Notes under the pieces: model-generated | Databases searched by the model: none | Told to the model about the DNA's origin: nothing | What the model saw: the letters and a program-made list of their open reading frames with translations, nothing else | In this document: piece after piece, positions 46,817-58,840 of the stretch | Layout of the letters: each line of letters begins with the position of its first letter | Numbering within the stretch: position 1 is the stretch's first letter | Program-made: the position numbers and the translations under genes | Assembly (NCBI RefSeq): GCF_001194135.2 | Contig: NC_068987.1 | Span: 60,074,386 to 60,138,385 of the forward strand | From: Octopus bimaculoides | Lineage: Eukaryota | DNA: 64,000 nt | Direction: 5' to 3'

Positions 46817-47194
46817 AGACAGAAAGAAAGAGCGAGAGAGCAATCAATATAATTTTAAACGGATTCTTCTTTATTCAGTTTATCATTTATTCAATTTTCA
46901 AATAAATCTATTTTTAAACGCATCAGAAGTTAATTATCGTAATTCATTCAGTAAAATTTGCAAAGAATTGGCATCAAAGCAGTACCGCTGGGCTTTAGTC
47001 TAACAAAAAAAAATCCTATTACCATTTTGTTGTACACTTGCCATGTTTGCAACGCTGTATATCTTGAAAAAAAAATTTGACTTAGTTTACATGAAAAATT
47101 TATTTAGTTGCTGTATACTAACAGGAAAATCGAAAATATATATATAGAGAGAGAGATATGTTGCATCTAACATAGGAATTATATATTTATATCA

Positions 47195-47475
47195 TCTTTT
47201 ACTTGTTTCAGTCATTAGACAGCTGTCTTTCTGAAAGTTGTTTTAGTCAAACGTCACGACGTCAACACTTTTTGTCAATGGGTTTCTGTGCCAAAACGCT
47301 AAGTTGCAGCGACGCAAAACAACCAGCACCATTGTGTATATACGACAGGCTTCATTCAGTTTCTTTCAACCAAATCCGCTCACTATGGTTTATTCGGCTC
47401 GCGGCTATAGTAGAAGACACTCAGCCAATGTGCTACGCGGTGAAACTGAACCCTGAACCATGTGACAGGGAAGTC
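47195..47475 (-). mobile_element. Degraded B-C composite SINE
   Basis: ttttacttgtttcagtcattagac...acgacaggcttcattcagtttc...ctatagtagaagacact...gaaccatgtg. Confidence 0.7.
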
Positions 47476-47521
47476 ACATATATGTGTGCGTGTGTGTGTA
47501 TTTGTGTGTGAGTGTGTGTAC

Positions 47522-47580
<59 letters not shown>

Positions 47581-47729
47581 TTTTAAGGCAGAAAGTCAAA
47601 ACAAGACTTATCTCCTCCATACTGAATTAATGTCGAAGCATTTGATTTTTATCATTAACATGATTAACATTAACATACAGATTCCGTATGTCAGACTGTA
47701 TGTGTGTGCGATCTCTGTGGTAGGTGATT

Positions 47730-48035
47730 CCCAAAGACTCATCCCTTTTATGATGCTCCCCAGTATCTTCTTACTTTGTGGAATGGACATGATGGATATC
47801 ATTTCAGTATTCTACATATTGAACCTGCAACACGAGAGCCAATTACAAAGCAAAAGGTGTTGTCAAATGACTTCTATTCTTACCAACTGATGTTAAGGCC
47901 ACAACTATCAAATCAATTACACATGTATCGTATTCTATTTCAACAATACTTGGTTGATATGTATGTTAAAGTTGAGAGTGAGAGTCTCCTCTACATTCGT
48001 AACAATCAAAAAAGTTAAGGGCTAAAAATCATAAC
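47730..48035 (+). mobile_element. Helitron Rep-domain fragment
   Basis: THPFYDAPQYLLTLWNGHDGYHF...KVLSNDFYSYQLMLRP...LFQQYLVDMYVKVESESLLYIRNNQK matches Helitron YDALQYPL..GEDGYH, FY.YRLM.R and QQ..VDMY.KIE.ERL.YIR.NQ. Confidence 0.9.
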
Positions 48036-48050
48036 ACTACAACAAATCTC

Positions 48051-48632
48051 GGATCTTTTTTAAAACGGGGGCCACATTTTTCATTAACGAAACACTTTGA
48101 AACTTGGAACACTGGTAGAATGTGTCATATAAAACATCTTTTTCTCTTAGTCTTCTTTAAAAAAAAAAGAAATCCATAAGTTATTCCATGTTAAAGTTGT
48201 CGTATTTCTGTAATTTCAACCAATCACTGACGTCCATTCCTGCCGCTATACATTAAGTGCCGACTACATAAACAAACGATTCTGAAACAATTAACCCTAA
48301 CCCTAACCCTAACCCTAACCTTAGGGTTAGGGTTAGGGTTAAAGCAAATTTAAAATGAAAAAAGCAAATAAAACGAAGGTATGGAGATTAAATACGCTTT
48401 ACATCGCTTAATCAGCCAAAGGAGTAAATGTAAACAACTGAATACTTGTCAGTGATTGGTTGAAATTATCGAAATAAGACAATTTTTTACATGAAATAAA
48501 TTCGAATACGAAAATATTTTTCTGTTCTATAACACAAAATAGATAAGTATACGAAGTTTGAAAGTCTTTCCGTACCAAAAATACTACGTAAAACATTAAT
48601 GAAAAATGTGGCCCCCGTTTTAAAATAGATCC
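48051..48632. mobile_element. 582-bp foldback MITE with 39-bp TIR, 8-bp TSD and central telomeric-repeat hairpin
   Basis: TIR ggatct(t/a)ttttaaaacgggggccacatttttcattaa(c/t)g at 48051-48089 / 48594-48632; TSD caaat(c/t)tc at 48043-48050 / 48633-48640; inner IR aatttcaaccaatcactgac; centre (CCCTAA)4-CC-(TTAGGG)3 at 48295-48338. Confidence 0.9.
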
Positions 48633-48919
48633 CAAATTTCGGGGTCAAGAAAAAAACATAGTTCTCATGTACATTTATTTATGAAGTTTATTGTGCTAAA
48701 TTCAAATTTTCTAACAAATTTCCTATCACGTCACATTTTCTTGTAAATTACCGACTTAACAACCATGCAATCTCTACCTATTTCCACAATACCATAAATT
48801 TAGTTTGCTCCTAAAGTCGGATTAAATATGTCCATTGTAATTAATTCATAAATATATAATGAATCGGCATGTTTGTTAGCATTATATAATGTATTAACCT
48901 ACATTTTAGTATTTACTTC

Positions 48920-49320
48920 TTCGTTTATAAGACTCTCAGGTTTGTCACACTTCAGGTTCCAGCAGAAGTCAGCCAACATAGCTGGGCTCCATTTTCCCTA
49001 ATGCCTGTTTTCCACTGACGCTATATCTTGATGGAATCTTTTTCCATGTTCATTACTCATCTCCTGCATTCACTGAGAAAAAGGACAGATGAAAATGAAG
49101 AAAGTGTATCTTCAGTGACATATTGCATCTGAGAACTTGGTAGCACTTGATTAGGCTCTGCACTATACTCTCTCGCTGGGCCACTTGGTGCTTTCCCAGA
49201 AGTCCTGTGCAAACATCTTTGAATGCATGCCAGGCCGCTAACTCGGTTTCATCCATTGTCGCCTAGAAATCTCCATCAGCTATAAGTTGACGAATTTGCC
49301 TCTTTAATCGATTAAAAATT
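48920..49320 (-). mobile_element. Chapaev3-like (CMC) transposase C-terminal fragment
   Basis: QIRQLIADGDF..ELAAWHAFKDVCTGLLG..CNMSLKIHFLHFHLSFF..NEHGKRFHQDI..MLADFCWNL; motif recognised, superfamily label from memory. Confidence 0.7.
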
Positions 49321-51892
49321 CTTCAAGGTGGTGTCCCAGCATGCCGCAGTCTAGAGACTTAAACAAGTTGTAGAGTAAAGATAAAAGATTAAATTATGTT
49401 TCCTAATATTCCGCCACCCTTACAGTCAGAAAGATTGCAATGCCTTTCAATTCGATCATGTCTATTCAATCAACGTTGTGCAGAAGCTAAATAATAGCAA
49501 CTAGTTATCGAACAACTTAGGTAAAAAGTAATAGAAAATCATTCAAAGATTCGATTTTTGTTCTTTAATAATTCATAGCTCGGTCACCAAGTTTAATAAT
49601 TGCAAAAGGTTGTCTGCAAGAAGCTAAATAAGAAACTAACCAGCATGCTGTCAACGGTAATCAATATCTTTATCTAATTCTTTAACATTAAACGCCTTTT
49701 CACCTGTGAACGAAATTTTCACTTTCAGTAGAATTTTATCGTTTATTGAATTTGTTTATGTCTTGAAACATATTTAAAAACAGTCAGTCGACTGTTACTG
49801 TTCTCATTTTCCTTCGAAAAATGATAATCTGTGAATAACTTACAATCTGCTATTTTCACACTCTTTCTAAACTAATGAGCAAAGTCAAATAAGATGTCAC
49901 ACAAACTGACAGTTAATTTTATCACCTCAACAGTACTATAAAACACAGTTTGTTACCTAATTAATGCCAGCTGTTTAACAGATGTATTAATTGAGACATC
50001 GTAAATTCGACAAATGACACTTTACTTCGGAATGCCATTGTTTACTGCAGTAATTTGGTGTCTGAAATGGGAAAGCAATAGTGTATATGCAATTAACAAT
50101 CGTCATCAGATTACTTAGTCCCTTTAATGTTTCATGAAAGAGATGTTGGACAATTGTAATAATTGTGCTGCTATTCGTGTTGCTGTTGTTTTTAAGCACA
50201 AGTAAACCCCGATCAAACAGACATACTGTACCTATGTACAATATCAATTGTCTAGGTACGATCTATAAATCTATCATTTTATATATAATACATTCCTTCA
50301 CCTAGTTGGTGATTATATAGCCACTCTGACAAGCAGTTCAGTATGTGTTAGACCGACCGTGCTGTTTTTTAAAAATTTTATTTAATCTTCGGCCCTTATC
50401 GCCTTCCTCACTTCCGACTGCCAGTAAAATGTGGGTCTCGGTATGTCTATGATCAAAAGCGTTTCTATATTTTCTTTCCAAACACAATATATTTGGAATT
50501 ACATTGTTTAATGTGCCCATCATCATTTACGAAAGTAGCGTGTGATTTTCTGAATATTTTGTTGCTATTACTGAATTCTACAGGACACACACTACTGCGA
50601 CGATGTGACTTAGGGATAGTGGCATTATTAAAATAATGATGGGAACTGTAGTAGAATGTTGCAAATGTATGATCTTTTGATACATATAAGATAGATTTCG
50701 TTTGACATAACTCAGTGCCACTTTCAAACCAGATAGAAATATAAGAAGACAATAAATCACGACATATAATTAGAAATCATTTTATAAACCTGAAGCTAAG
50801 AAAAATGAAATCGAACATGGAGGGATATGATGCCAGATCAAAACAAAATAGGGGTGGCTGTCGTCGTAATTTTGCTGTTGTTACCATGTGCGCATAAGCG
50901 AAAGCAAGGTGTTGTAATCACTTGTCTTTGTTTGTCTGTGTTTGCAAAATTACTGGAACACGACTGAACGGGTTTTCGCCACATTTGACAGAAATACTCT
51001 ATGGGTGAGCGGATCGAAATGATGAACATTTGATTTCATTATCTTAAAATATATATACATATTAATCAAACTTATCAAACTTACATATTTCCCTATAAGC
51101 AAGTGGTCATATTATTTTGCTCACTTTCTTTTTTCATATGAATCGACCTTCGTCAGCGTGTGTATAGATCATGGTGTTCCTATACGCATAGACATGTGTG
51201 CGTACATACATACATACAACCATACATACATGCGACTGTGTGTGTGTATGTGTGTGCGCGAATATATGTATGTGTACACTGATTTATTTACGAGTTGATT
51301 TCTTCATTTCGCCGGAGTATAAATACCTATAATGGTGATACTTTAAAAAAAATTAATTCAGTTCAGTTAAGAGATGGGATATAACGCATTGTAAGACATA
51401 TTATAAATTGCGAAAAAAATTATCTGCGTGCAGGGTATGCATAGCCCCTCCGATGCCTTTTTTTGTTATTTTTTTCATTAATGTTACTGTTACTGTTGTT
51501 GTTAATGATGTTATCATTTAGCCTTAGATCAGTCTTGATCGGCGAAAACTTTGGTAGCACTTTTTCTGTTATTCCAAAATAGTGTATCCGTTACCATACT
51601 ATTTGATGTGTTAATTCCTTATATTTACAGATAGTAGAATGCGAGCTAAAAATGGATTTAGTCGCTACTTCTGATAGGTCGAAAAACAATGGAGACACTC
51701 CCTAATTTTTTTTTCCGGAATAAGTGTTTATTTTTTTTTCTTTTCTCTCTCTCTCTTAAAATTTTTTATCACATCGTCTGCTTTATCTTTTCCTTCAGGA
51801 CAGTTTCTTGATTCCACGTGTGAGCCAATATAAAACATTTCTCAGATTATAGCGAAGGAATCAGAAGAAACAATAATACTAATTGACATGGT

Positions 51893-52111
51893 AAGGAGGC
51901 GGGCTGGCAGAGTCGTTACCACACCGGTAAAATGCTTAGCGGCATTTTTCCTGGGTTTACGTTCTGTGCTTAAACACGAACAGAGTCGACCTTGCCTTCC
52001 GTCCCTTCGGGTTTGATGAAATAAGTACTAGGTGAGTAATGGAGTCGATGTAATCGACTAACCCCTACCAACAAAATTTCAAGCCTTGTACTTGTTGCAG
52101 AAAAAAATTTT
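51893..52111 (+). mobile_element. SINE family A with 11-bp TSD
   Basis: TSD attgacatggt at 51882-51892 and 52112-52122. Confidence 0.85.
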
Positions 52112-52419
52112 ATTGACATGGTTAGTCATGGCTACATCACACTAACGGTTAGTCACTGTTACTGATACTAGTACAGTTAGTGATGCAGTTTTCATTAAAA
52201 TTGATATTATTCGAAATTTCGTAGAAGTCGAGATTTCTTAGCATAGAAAATAAACACTATGCCGTAATCTCTATAATCCCAACAACCTTTGTTTTTATCT
52301 CATTAAGGCCCTTCGACAATAACATAAACGTTGCCATGCACCATTCTTCCTTTATTAGAAACCTCTAGCCTTATAGTTATTTGAAATCCTACAAATTTGT
52401 GTGGAGGGGAGAGTAGTTA

Positions 52420-52580
52420 ATACCATCATGAATGTTAATGGTATTAAATATCGACCCCGGAGAGATGAAAGGCAAAATTGACACTAGTGGGATTTTAACT
52501 CAGTAGGAAACAGGGATGGCAGAAATAGCACTGGGCATCTTAGCAGATACGCTTGCAATTCTGTCAGCTCGTCACCTCAG
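52420..52580 (-). mobile_element. SINE family A fragment
   Basis: tatcgaccccggagagatgaaaggcaaaattgac...attctgtcagctcgtcacct. Confidence 0.7.
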
Positions 52581-52704
52581 ATGAAAGAAATAATAATAAT
52601 ACTGTATGACATTTATTTACTTTTATACTTTTATGGCTCAATCAGAGGAGAGAGAGAGAGCGGTTGCCACGACCTCTTCCGGGGCCATCAAAGTTGGTGA
52701 AAGA

Positions 52705-52755
<51 letters not shown>

Positions 52756-53064
52756 TATTTGACTTACTAAACTTTGGATTGATGTTTTCTGTAAGCTTCC
52801 TAACCATTAGTCAGTTGTCCACTTTCAGTTTTATAAAAATAAACTATAGAATAACGGTGTTAAATTAGTTACAGTTTGTGGGCAATAAAATAGTGACCCA
52901 TAAATGGAAAACAAAAGATTATTTGTATTTCATAGAACACGAAAGACATTTTCAAGGGACGAGGAAATATTGTGCCGAAAATACCTACCACAGTACAAAA
53001 CTAAGCTGCTGCAAACTTGAACTACCTACAGCTTGACACGTTGGTCAAGCTGCTCTCAGGTAAT

Positions 53065-53300
53065 CTTTTATCTGTTCTTTTACCTGTTTCAGTCTTTTGA
53101 CTGAAGCCGTGCTGGGGTATTGCCTTGAAGGGTTTTTAGTCGAATAAATCAATCCCAGGACTTTTTAAAAGCCTGGTACTTATTCTATCGGACGCTTAAG
53201 CCGAGCCGATAAGTTATGGGGACGTAAACACATCAACACCGGTTTTCATGCGGTGGGGGGACAAATACAGGCTCAAAGACACAAGCACATAGATATGCGC

Positions 53301-53355
<55 letters not shown>

Positions 53356-53506
53356 TACGACAAGCTTCTTTGAGTTACCATCTACCAAATTCTCTCACAG
53401 GGCTTTGGTTGACCTGAGGCTATAAGCACATTTTCCCAATGTGCTACGCAGTGGGACCCAACCCGGAACCATGTGGTTGGGAAGCAAGCTTCTTACCACA
53501 CAACCA
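53065..53506 (-). mobile_element. Full B-C composite SINE with internal (GATA)n
   Basis: Tail C reverse complement 53065-53285, (GATA)n 53304-53352, head B reverse complement 53355-53506. Confidence 0.85.
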
Positions 53507-55225
53507 CTTGTTTTTGTTTTTCTAATTTTTCCCCGTTGTTTTTTAAGGGAATATGAAAGCTTCTGTGTCTTTCTCAAGGTTCTAATAGTACAGGAGAAAT
53601 TAAATATTTTCGACCAAGCGCCGAAATCGGTTTTATAGACTTTAAACCGAAGCTATGGCCTCTAGGGACCTATTTCTGACGTAACAACAGATTTTGTGAG
53701 ATCCCCTGTTTTCTCAAGTATCTAAAGTCTCACTTGTTTTCCTCTAATTCAGTTAGTACTCAAGAGCCCCGAGGCTTGTTATAATGATTTCTATTATTCC
53801 AATGAAAAATATGTAAGTGGATACAATGGATATTATTTGATAAAACAAAAAGATAAAACTTACTTTGATAGTTACATATTATATATCATTACCATCGAGC
53901 AGAAAGTGTTATGAGCCGACAGCGTGACAAAACAGAACGTCAATTAATAGATGTATTTGGATGATATGCCTGTCACATCATAAAATAAACAATAGAGCAA
54001 TACAGTTGGTTGATAATGGAACGTCCATATGGACACAAAAGAATACGTTCAGAAAGATAAGAAAAATATTTATTGTTATTCAGTTTCGTTTAGCCATTAC
54101 AACGAACCCCATGCTAAGACACCATTTTTATATAACCGTTTTGAAAGAAAAATCTTTTCTACCACTGAATCAGGAGCGTTTGTCGTTAGATTGTAAAACG
54201 ATAAGCTGTATAATCCCATTAAAGTCCACCGTTGCCCACATAGCATACATCTAGGTCAAAACAGCCTAACCATCCTTAAACTATATTCAAGGCAAGAGTT
54301 TAATTCATCACAGTTAATCGATGGCGATACAAAACATCATCTGTTTGACTGATATACCTGTACAGTATTGATTTAGCCAGCTTCAACGGCCATATCTTTT
54401 ATCACCTTTCTGAAATTGCCATTAATAGTTACCATTGTATTGACAAACCAGCGAGGGCGCCAATATCGAGTCGCTCGATAAGCTAGAAACGCCAACCAGA
54501 TCTTCCTTATATAATTTCCATCGAGCGTAAATGTGGAATAATGTATTGTACTTCATAGTCACAAACTCGCAAAAAAACAAGCGTGATGGCCATGGACTAA
54601 TAGCCTTTGATCCGAAGTTTGTCCTAAAAGATTTGACCCTGGGTTACACAAAGATAATAATAACCATTGGACTCATTCAAATACTTAAAAAGTGTAAATT
54701 GATCAATAACATATAACGTATTTACTAAAGCTATATATTAAACATCCATTTATAGCTAACGCCATTAATTATTGGCTAAAAGACGTAGAGGACAAAAGAA
54801 TTATATACGATTGCTGATAATATTTCAATTACAATACGTTAAGAAATGTATATGCGCGTGTGCTTGTGCGAATGTGTGTATGTGCGTACGTATATGTGTA
54901 TGTTTGAATATGATTAAAGACTGTGATTCATTCGCTCTTCACTATAGCAAGTTGTCTCCGTTGTTAAGATACCCAGCTCTTGATGCTCCTAACTATAAAC
55001 CGACATATATATGTATTTATGTATATATATATATATATATATNNNNNNNNNNNNNNNNNNNNNNNNNNNNNNNNNNNNNNNNNNNNNNNNNNNNNNNNNN
55101 NNNNNNNNNNNNNNNNNNNNNNNNNNNNNNNNNNNNNNNNNNNNNNNNNNNNNNNNNNNNNNNNNNNNNNNNNNNNNNNNNNNNNNNNNNNNNNNNNNNN
55201 NNNNNNNNNNNNNNNTATATGTATG

Positions 55226-55258
<33 letters not shown>

Positions 55259-55289
55259 GTGTATGTATATATATGCATTTTCCACTTCT

Positions 55290-55332
<43 letters not shown>

Positions 55333-55349
55333 GACATATATGTATACAC

Positions 55350-55502
55350 ACGACAGCTTCTTTCAGTTTCCAAATACTGTTCCTATGCCTTTGGTTGGAC
55401 CGGAACTATAGTTGAAGACACTTGCCCAAAGTGCCAAGCAGTGGAGCTCTAATCCCAGAACCATACATTTGGGAAGCAAAAGAACTTTCCACACAGCCAT
55501 GC
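55350..55502 (-). mobile_element. SINE head module B
   Basis: acgacagcttctttcagtttcc...ctatagttgaagacacttgcccaaagtgcc...ccacacagcc. Confidence 0.75.
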
Positions 55503-56689
55503 ATTCTCCTATTATGTAAATAATTTGCAGTTTATCTGTGTCATTGGCAAAGAAATGGTTGTTTTTCACATCAATAGACGCAAATAGTAAAGAAAATAAT
55601 AAACCTGCTTCAAATCATTACTTTTTCGGATGAATACAAATGAGAAAATATTAAACTGAAATTATCATTTGAAAAATCAATACTATTTAATAATGGAATC
55701 CAAATATAATTTAGAATTACAGAAAAGAAGAACAAAATAATGCTTTTTATTTGTTTTCGTAAAATATTACCAAGACGATTGAAAAGCGTTTTACTAATGT
55801 TACTATTTATCTGTTGTAAATGACGTTGAATTCCAGAAGTCGAAGATGAGACTATTGTCCAAATGTTTCTGACACTTGACTGTACACAAAATCAGGCTTG
55901 GATAGGCTATTACAAGAAGTAAGCCATATAAGACATGGATTATCATTGGTTGGACTGCACTGCTAAAAAACATTCAAGGTAATTTTTCGTCTAGGCATGC
56001 CATTCAGAAAGAATCGCGGTCTGCAGTTTGCCTGTGACTGCTCTAAATACCTCAATCTGACTGACTGTCAATTAGTGCTATGAAGAGGAAGTAAATTTAC
56101 AAAGGAAGGAAATCTTGGGCCACATTTATGCTCTTTTTAAAGATATCAGGTCCCTAAGAGAAAATAATTACCTTATCGTCTTCTATAACAAATTGTAAAC
56201 AAAATTTTGTCATTATTTGTGGTGTTGAGAAGATGAAAGGAGTATCTGTAATTTGTAATTTCGTTCTAAGATTTTCGATATTTTACAGAGATACAACGGT
56301 GAAAGATGTGAACATGCATCTGTATGTATGCATGTATGTATGTATGTATGTATGGGTGTATGNNNNNNNNNNNNNNNNNNNNNNNNNNNNNNNNNNNNNN
56401 NNNNNNNNNNNNNNNNNNNNNNNNNNNNNNNNNNNNNNNNNNNNNNNNNNNNNNNNNNNNNNNNNNNNNNNNNNNNNNNNNNNNNNNNNNNNNNNNNNNN
56501 NNNNNNNNNNNNNNNNNNNNNNNNNNNNNNNNNNNNNNNNNNNNNNNNNNNNNNNNNNNNNNNNNNNNNNNNNNNNNNNNNNNNNNNNNNNNNNNNNNNN
56601 NNNNNNNNNNNNNNNNNNNNNNNNNNNNNNNNNNNNNNNNNNNNNNNNNNNNNNNNNNNNNNNNNNNNNNNNNNNNNNNNNNGAATCAA

Positions 56690-57370
56690 AATTTCATAAA
56701 CTTGCCATGCCTGCTCCCACTTTTATTGGATTCCTTTCTAGTTAAAAATACTTTGATTAATAATTAACAAACTAGTATTATTGCTCTTGCGGTTATTCTT
56801 ATTTGGTGCCAGACCAACCACAATCGAATAAACCTTTGATCATAGGCATTTCATTCAAGAGCATATAATCTGTTTTTTCACGCCTAAGTCCATATTATGC
56901 ATGAGATGTTTCAATGTCCCCTCAAATATTTTTGCTTTGGGTGTGGGCAGGAATTTACTTGGGTACGAATTTTGTCTTTCTTCGTAATGCTTGGGTGCAT
57001 CGAATTCCATCTTCAATTAAAGAAATCCGATTCCATTTGCAAAACCTTGTATGCGCAAAAATTTTTTTGTGTACCATTTGTTAAACTTGTAGGCACGCAT
57101 AAGTGCACACTATATATAGACCATTTGTCTCCTTCTAGCAGTAAGGTGGTGGGGTATGGTTTGAGCCAGATTTGGTTGCTGTTTTTAACTGATCAAACGG
57201 CTATCTTGAAATTTCATTAATATGCAAGGAATAATTTTGTCATAACTGGAATAATCTTGTGATAAAATGGTATCCTGCGACCTGAAGAATACCTCTTGAA
57301 TGTTGAACTCCTGGAACGTTTTAGAACGTAGCAGATTATTCCAGCGAGTTCTAAATGTTGGGAAGATATA
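56690..57370 (-). mobile_element. Possible Penelope-like 3' ORF relic
   Basis: Minus frames give coding-like text ending TRKESNKSGSRHGKFMKF*, loosely like the PLE LN.R.E..S.CRH..KF end; no clean GIY-YIG motif. Confidence 0.3.
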
Positions 57371-57454
57371 ACAAAATGAAAAAACAAACTGTCTTTATAT
57401 AACAGCTATACAGAGGCAGGCATAGCTGTATAATTAAAAATCTCGCTACAGGCA

Positions 57455-57870
57455 TAAGCGTAGCTACGTGATTAAGAAATTCGCTTTGCAACTGCGTAAT
57501 TTCGGATTCAAACCCATTGCACTTTACTTTGAGCTAGTGTCTTCTATTATAACCACAAGCCGATCAATGCTTTTTGAGAGAATGTAGCAGACGGAAACTG
57601 TGTGGAAACCTGCGCGCGCGCGCGTTTGTGAGCATGCACGCGTTTGTGCTTGCGAGCGATCGTGTCTTTATGTGTATGTGCGTGTGTATTTGTTTCTGCC
57701 ACAGTTTGACAATAGTTGCTGATTTGCTTACGCCGCTTCAACTTAGTTCCAAAGAACGATTATCAGACTTAAAAATATACCGTTGAAGTTGATTTATTTG
57801 ACTAAACACTTCCAGGTGGAACCCAGCACGGCAGCAATCCGATGACTGAAACAAATAAGAGAATAAGAAC
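57455..57870 (+). mobile_element. Degraded B-C composite SINE
   Basis: gtgattaagaaattcgctttgcaac..ggattcaaaccc..gcagacggaaactgtgtggaaacc..; tail gactgaaacaaataagagaataag. Confidence 0.7.
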
Positions 57871-57960
57871 ACAAAAGCAAAGAAATTACTGGAGATATTT
57901 TCACTAAAGAAAGACAAAAACGACTATTCGTTGATCTTTTGTTAATATCTCTGTAGACAC

Positions 57961-58840
57961 TAAGGCGGTGAGCTGGCAGAGACGTTAGCACGCCGGGCGA
58001 AATGCTTAGCGGTATTTCGTCTGTCGCTATGTTCTGAGTTCAAATTCCGCCGAGGTTGACTTTGCCTTTCATCCTTCGGGGTTGATAAATTAAGTACCAG
58101 TTGCGTATTGGGGTCGATCTAATTGACTGGTCCCCTCCTCAAAAATTTCGGACCTTGTGCCTAGAGTAGAATAGAATATTTCTGAAGGCAGTAAGGCGGC
58201 GAGCTGGCAGAATCGTTAGCACGCCGGGCGAAATGCTTAGCGGTATTTCGTCTGCCGCTACGTTCTGAGTTCAAATTCCGCCGAGGTCGACTTTTCGTTT
58301 CAACCTTTAGGAGTCGATGAATTAAGTACCCGTGAAACACTGGTGGTCGATGTAATCGACTAGTCCCCTCCACCACAATTTCAGGCCTTGTGCCTATTGT
58401 AGAAAAGAATCGTAAGCATGCTAGGAAAAACGCTTAGTGGCATTCTGAATTCTAATTCAGCCGAGGTCGACTTTGCTTTTCATCACTTTCGGGGTTCGAT
58501 GAAATAAGTACCAGCTGAGCACTGGCGTCGATGTAATCGACTTAACCCGCTCTGAAATTGCTGGCCTTGTAACAAAATTTGAAATCAATATTTCTGAAGG
58601 CATCAAGGCGATGAGCTGGGAGAATCTTTAGCACGCCGGACAAAATGCTTAACGGCATTTCGTCCGTCTTCAGGTTCTGTGTTCAAATTCCGCCGAGGTC
58701 GACTTTGCCTTTCATCTTTCGGAGTCGATAAAATAAGTACTAATTGAGCACTAAGGTCGATTTAAATCGACTTATACACACACCCACCACCCGAAATTGA
58801 AGGACTTGAGCCAAAATTTGAAAACCATATTTCTGAAGGC
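57961..58840 (+). mobile_element. Head-to-tail array of four SINE A copies with a repeated ~15-bp spacer
   Basis: Copies start at 57961, 58192, ~58405 (head truncated) and 58605; spacer aatatttctgaaggc at 58175-58189 and 58587-58601, its last 14 bp at 58827-58840, and a degenerate aatatctctgtagac at 57944-57958. Confidence 0.92.

Noticed and set aside
48292-48341. Telomere fusion scar
   Set aside because: The order is (CCCTAA)n(TTAGGG)n, opposite to an end-to-end fusion, and it is the centre of a TIR/TSD-bounded element
50465-50760. 95-aa minus-strand ORF and an overlapping hydrophobic 60-aa ORF
   Set aside because: Non-ATG starts, no homology recognised and no consistent splice sites
51799-51890. 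Strong acceptor and donor (ttccttcag / atg-gtaagg)
   Set aside because: Stops in all three frames, and the donor is formed by the TSD-SINE junction
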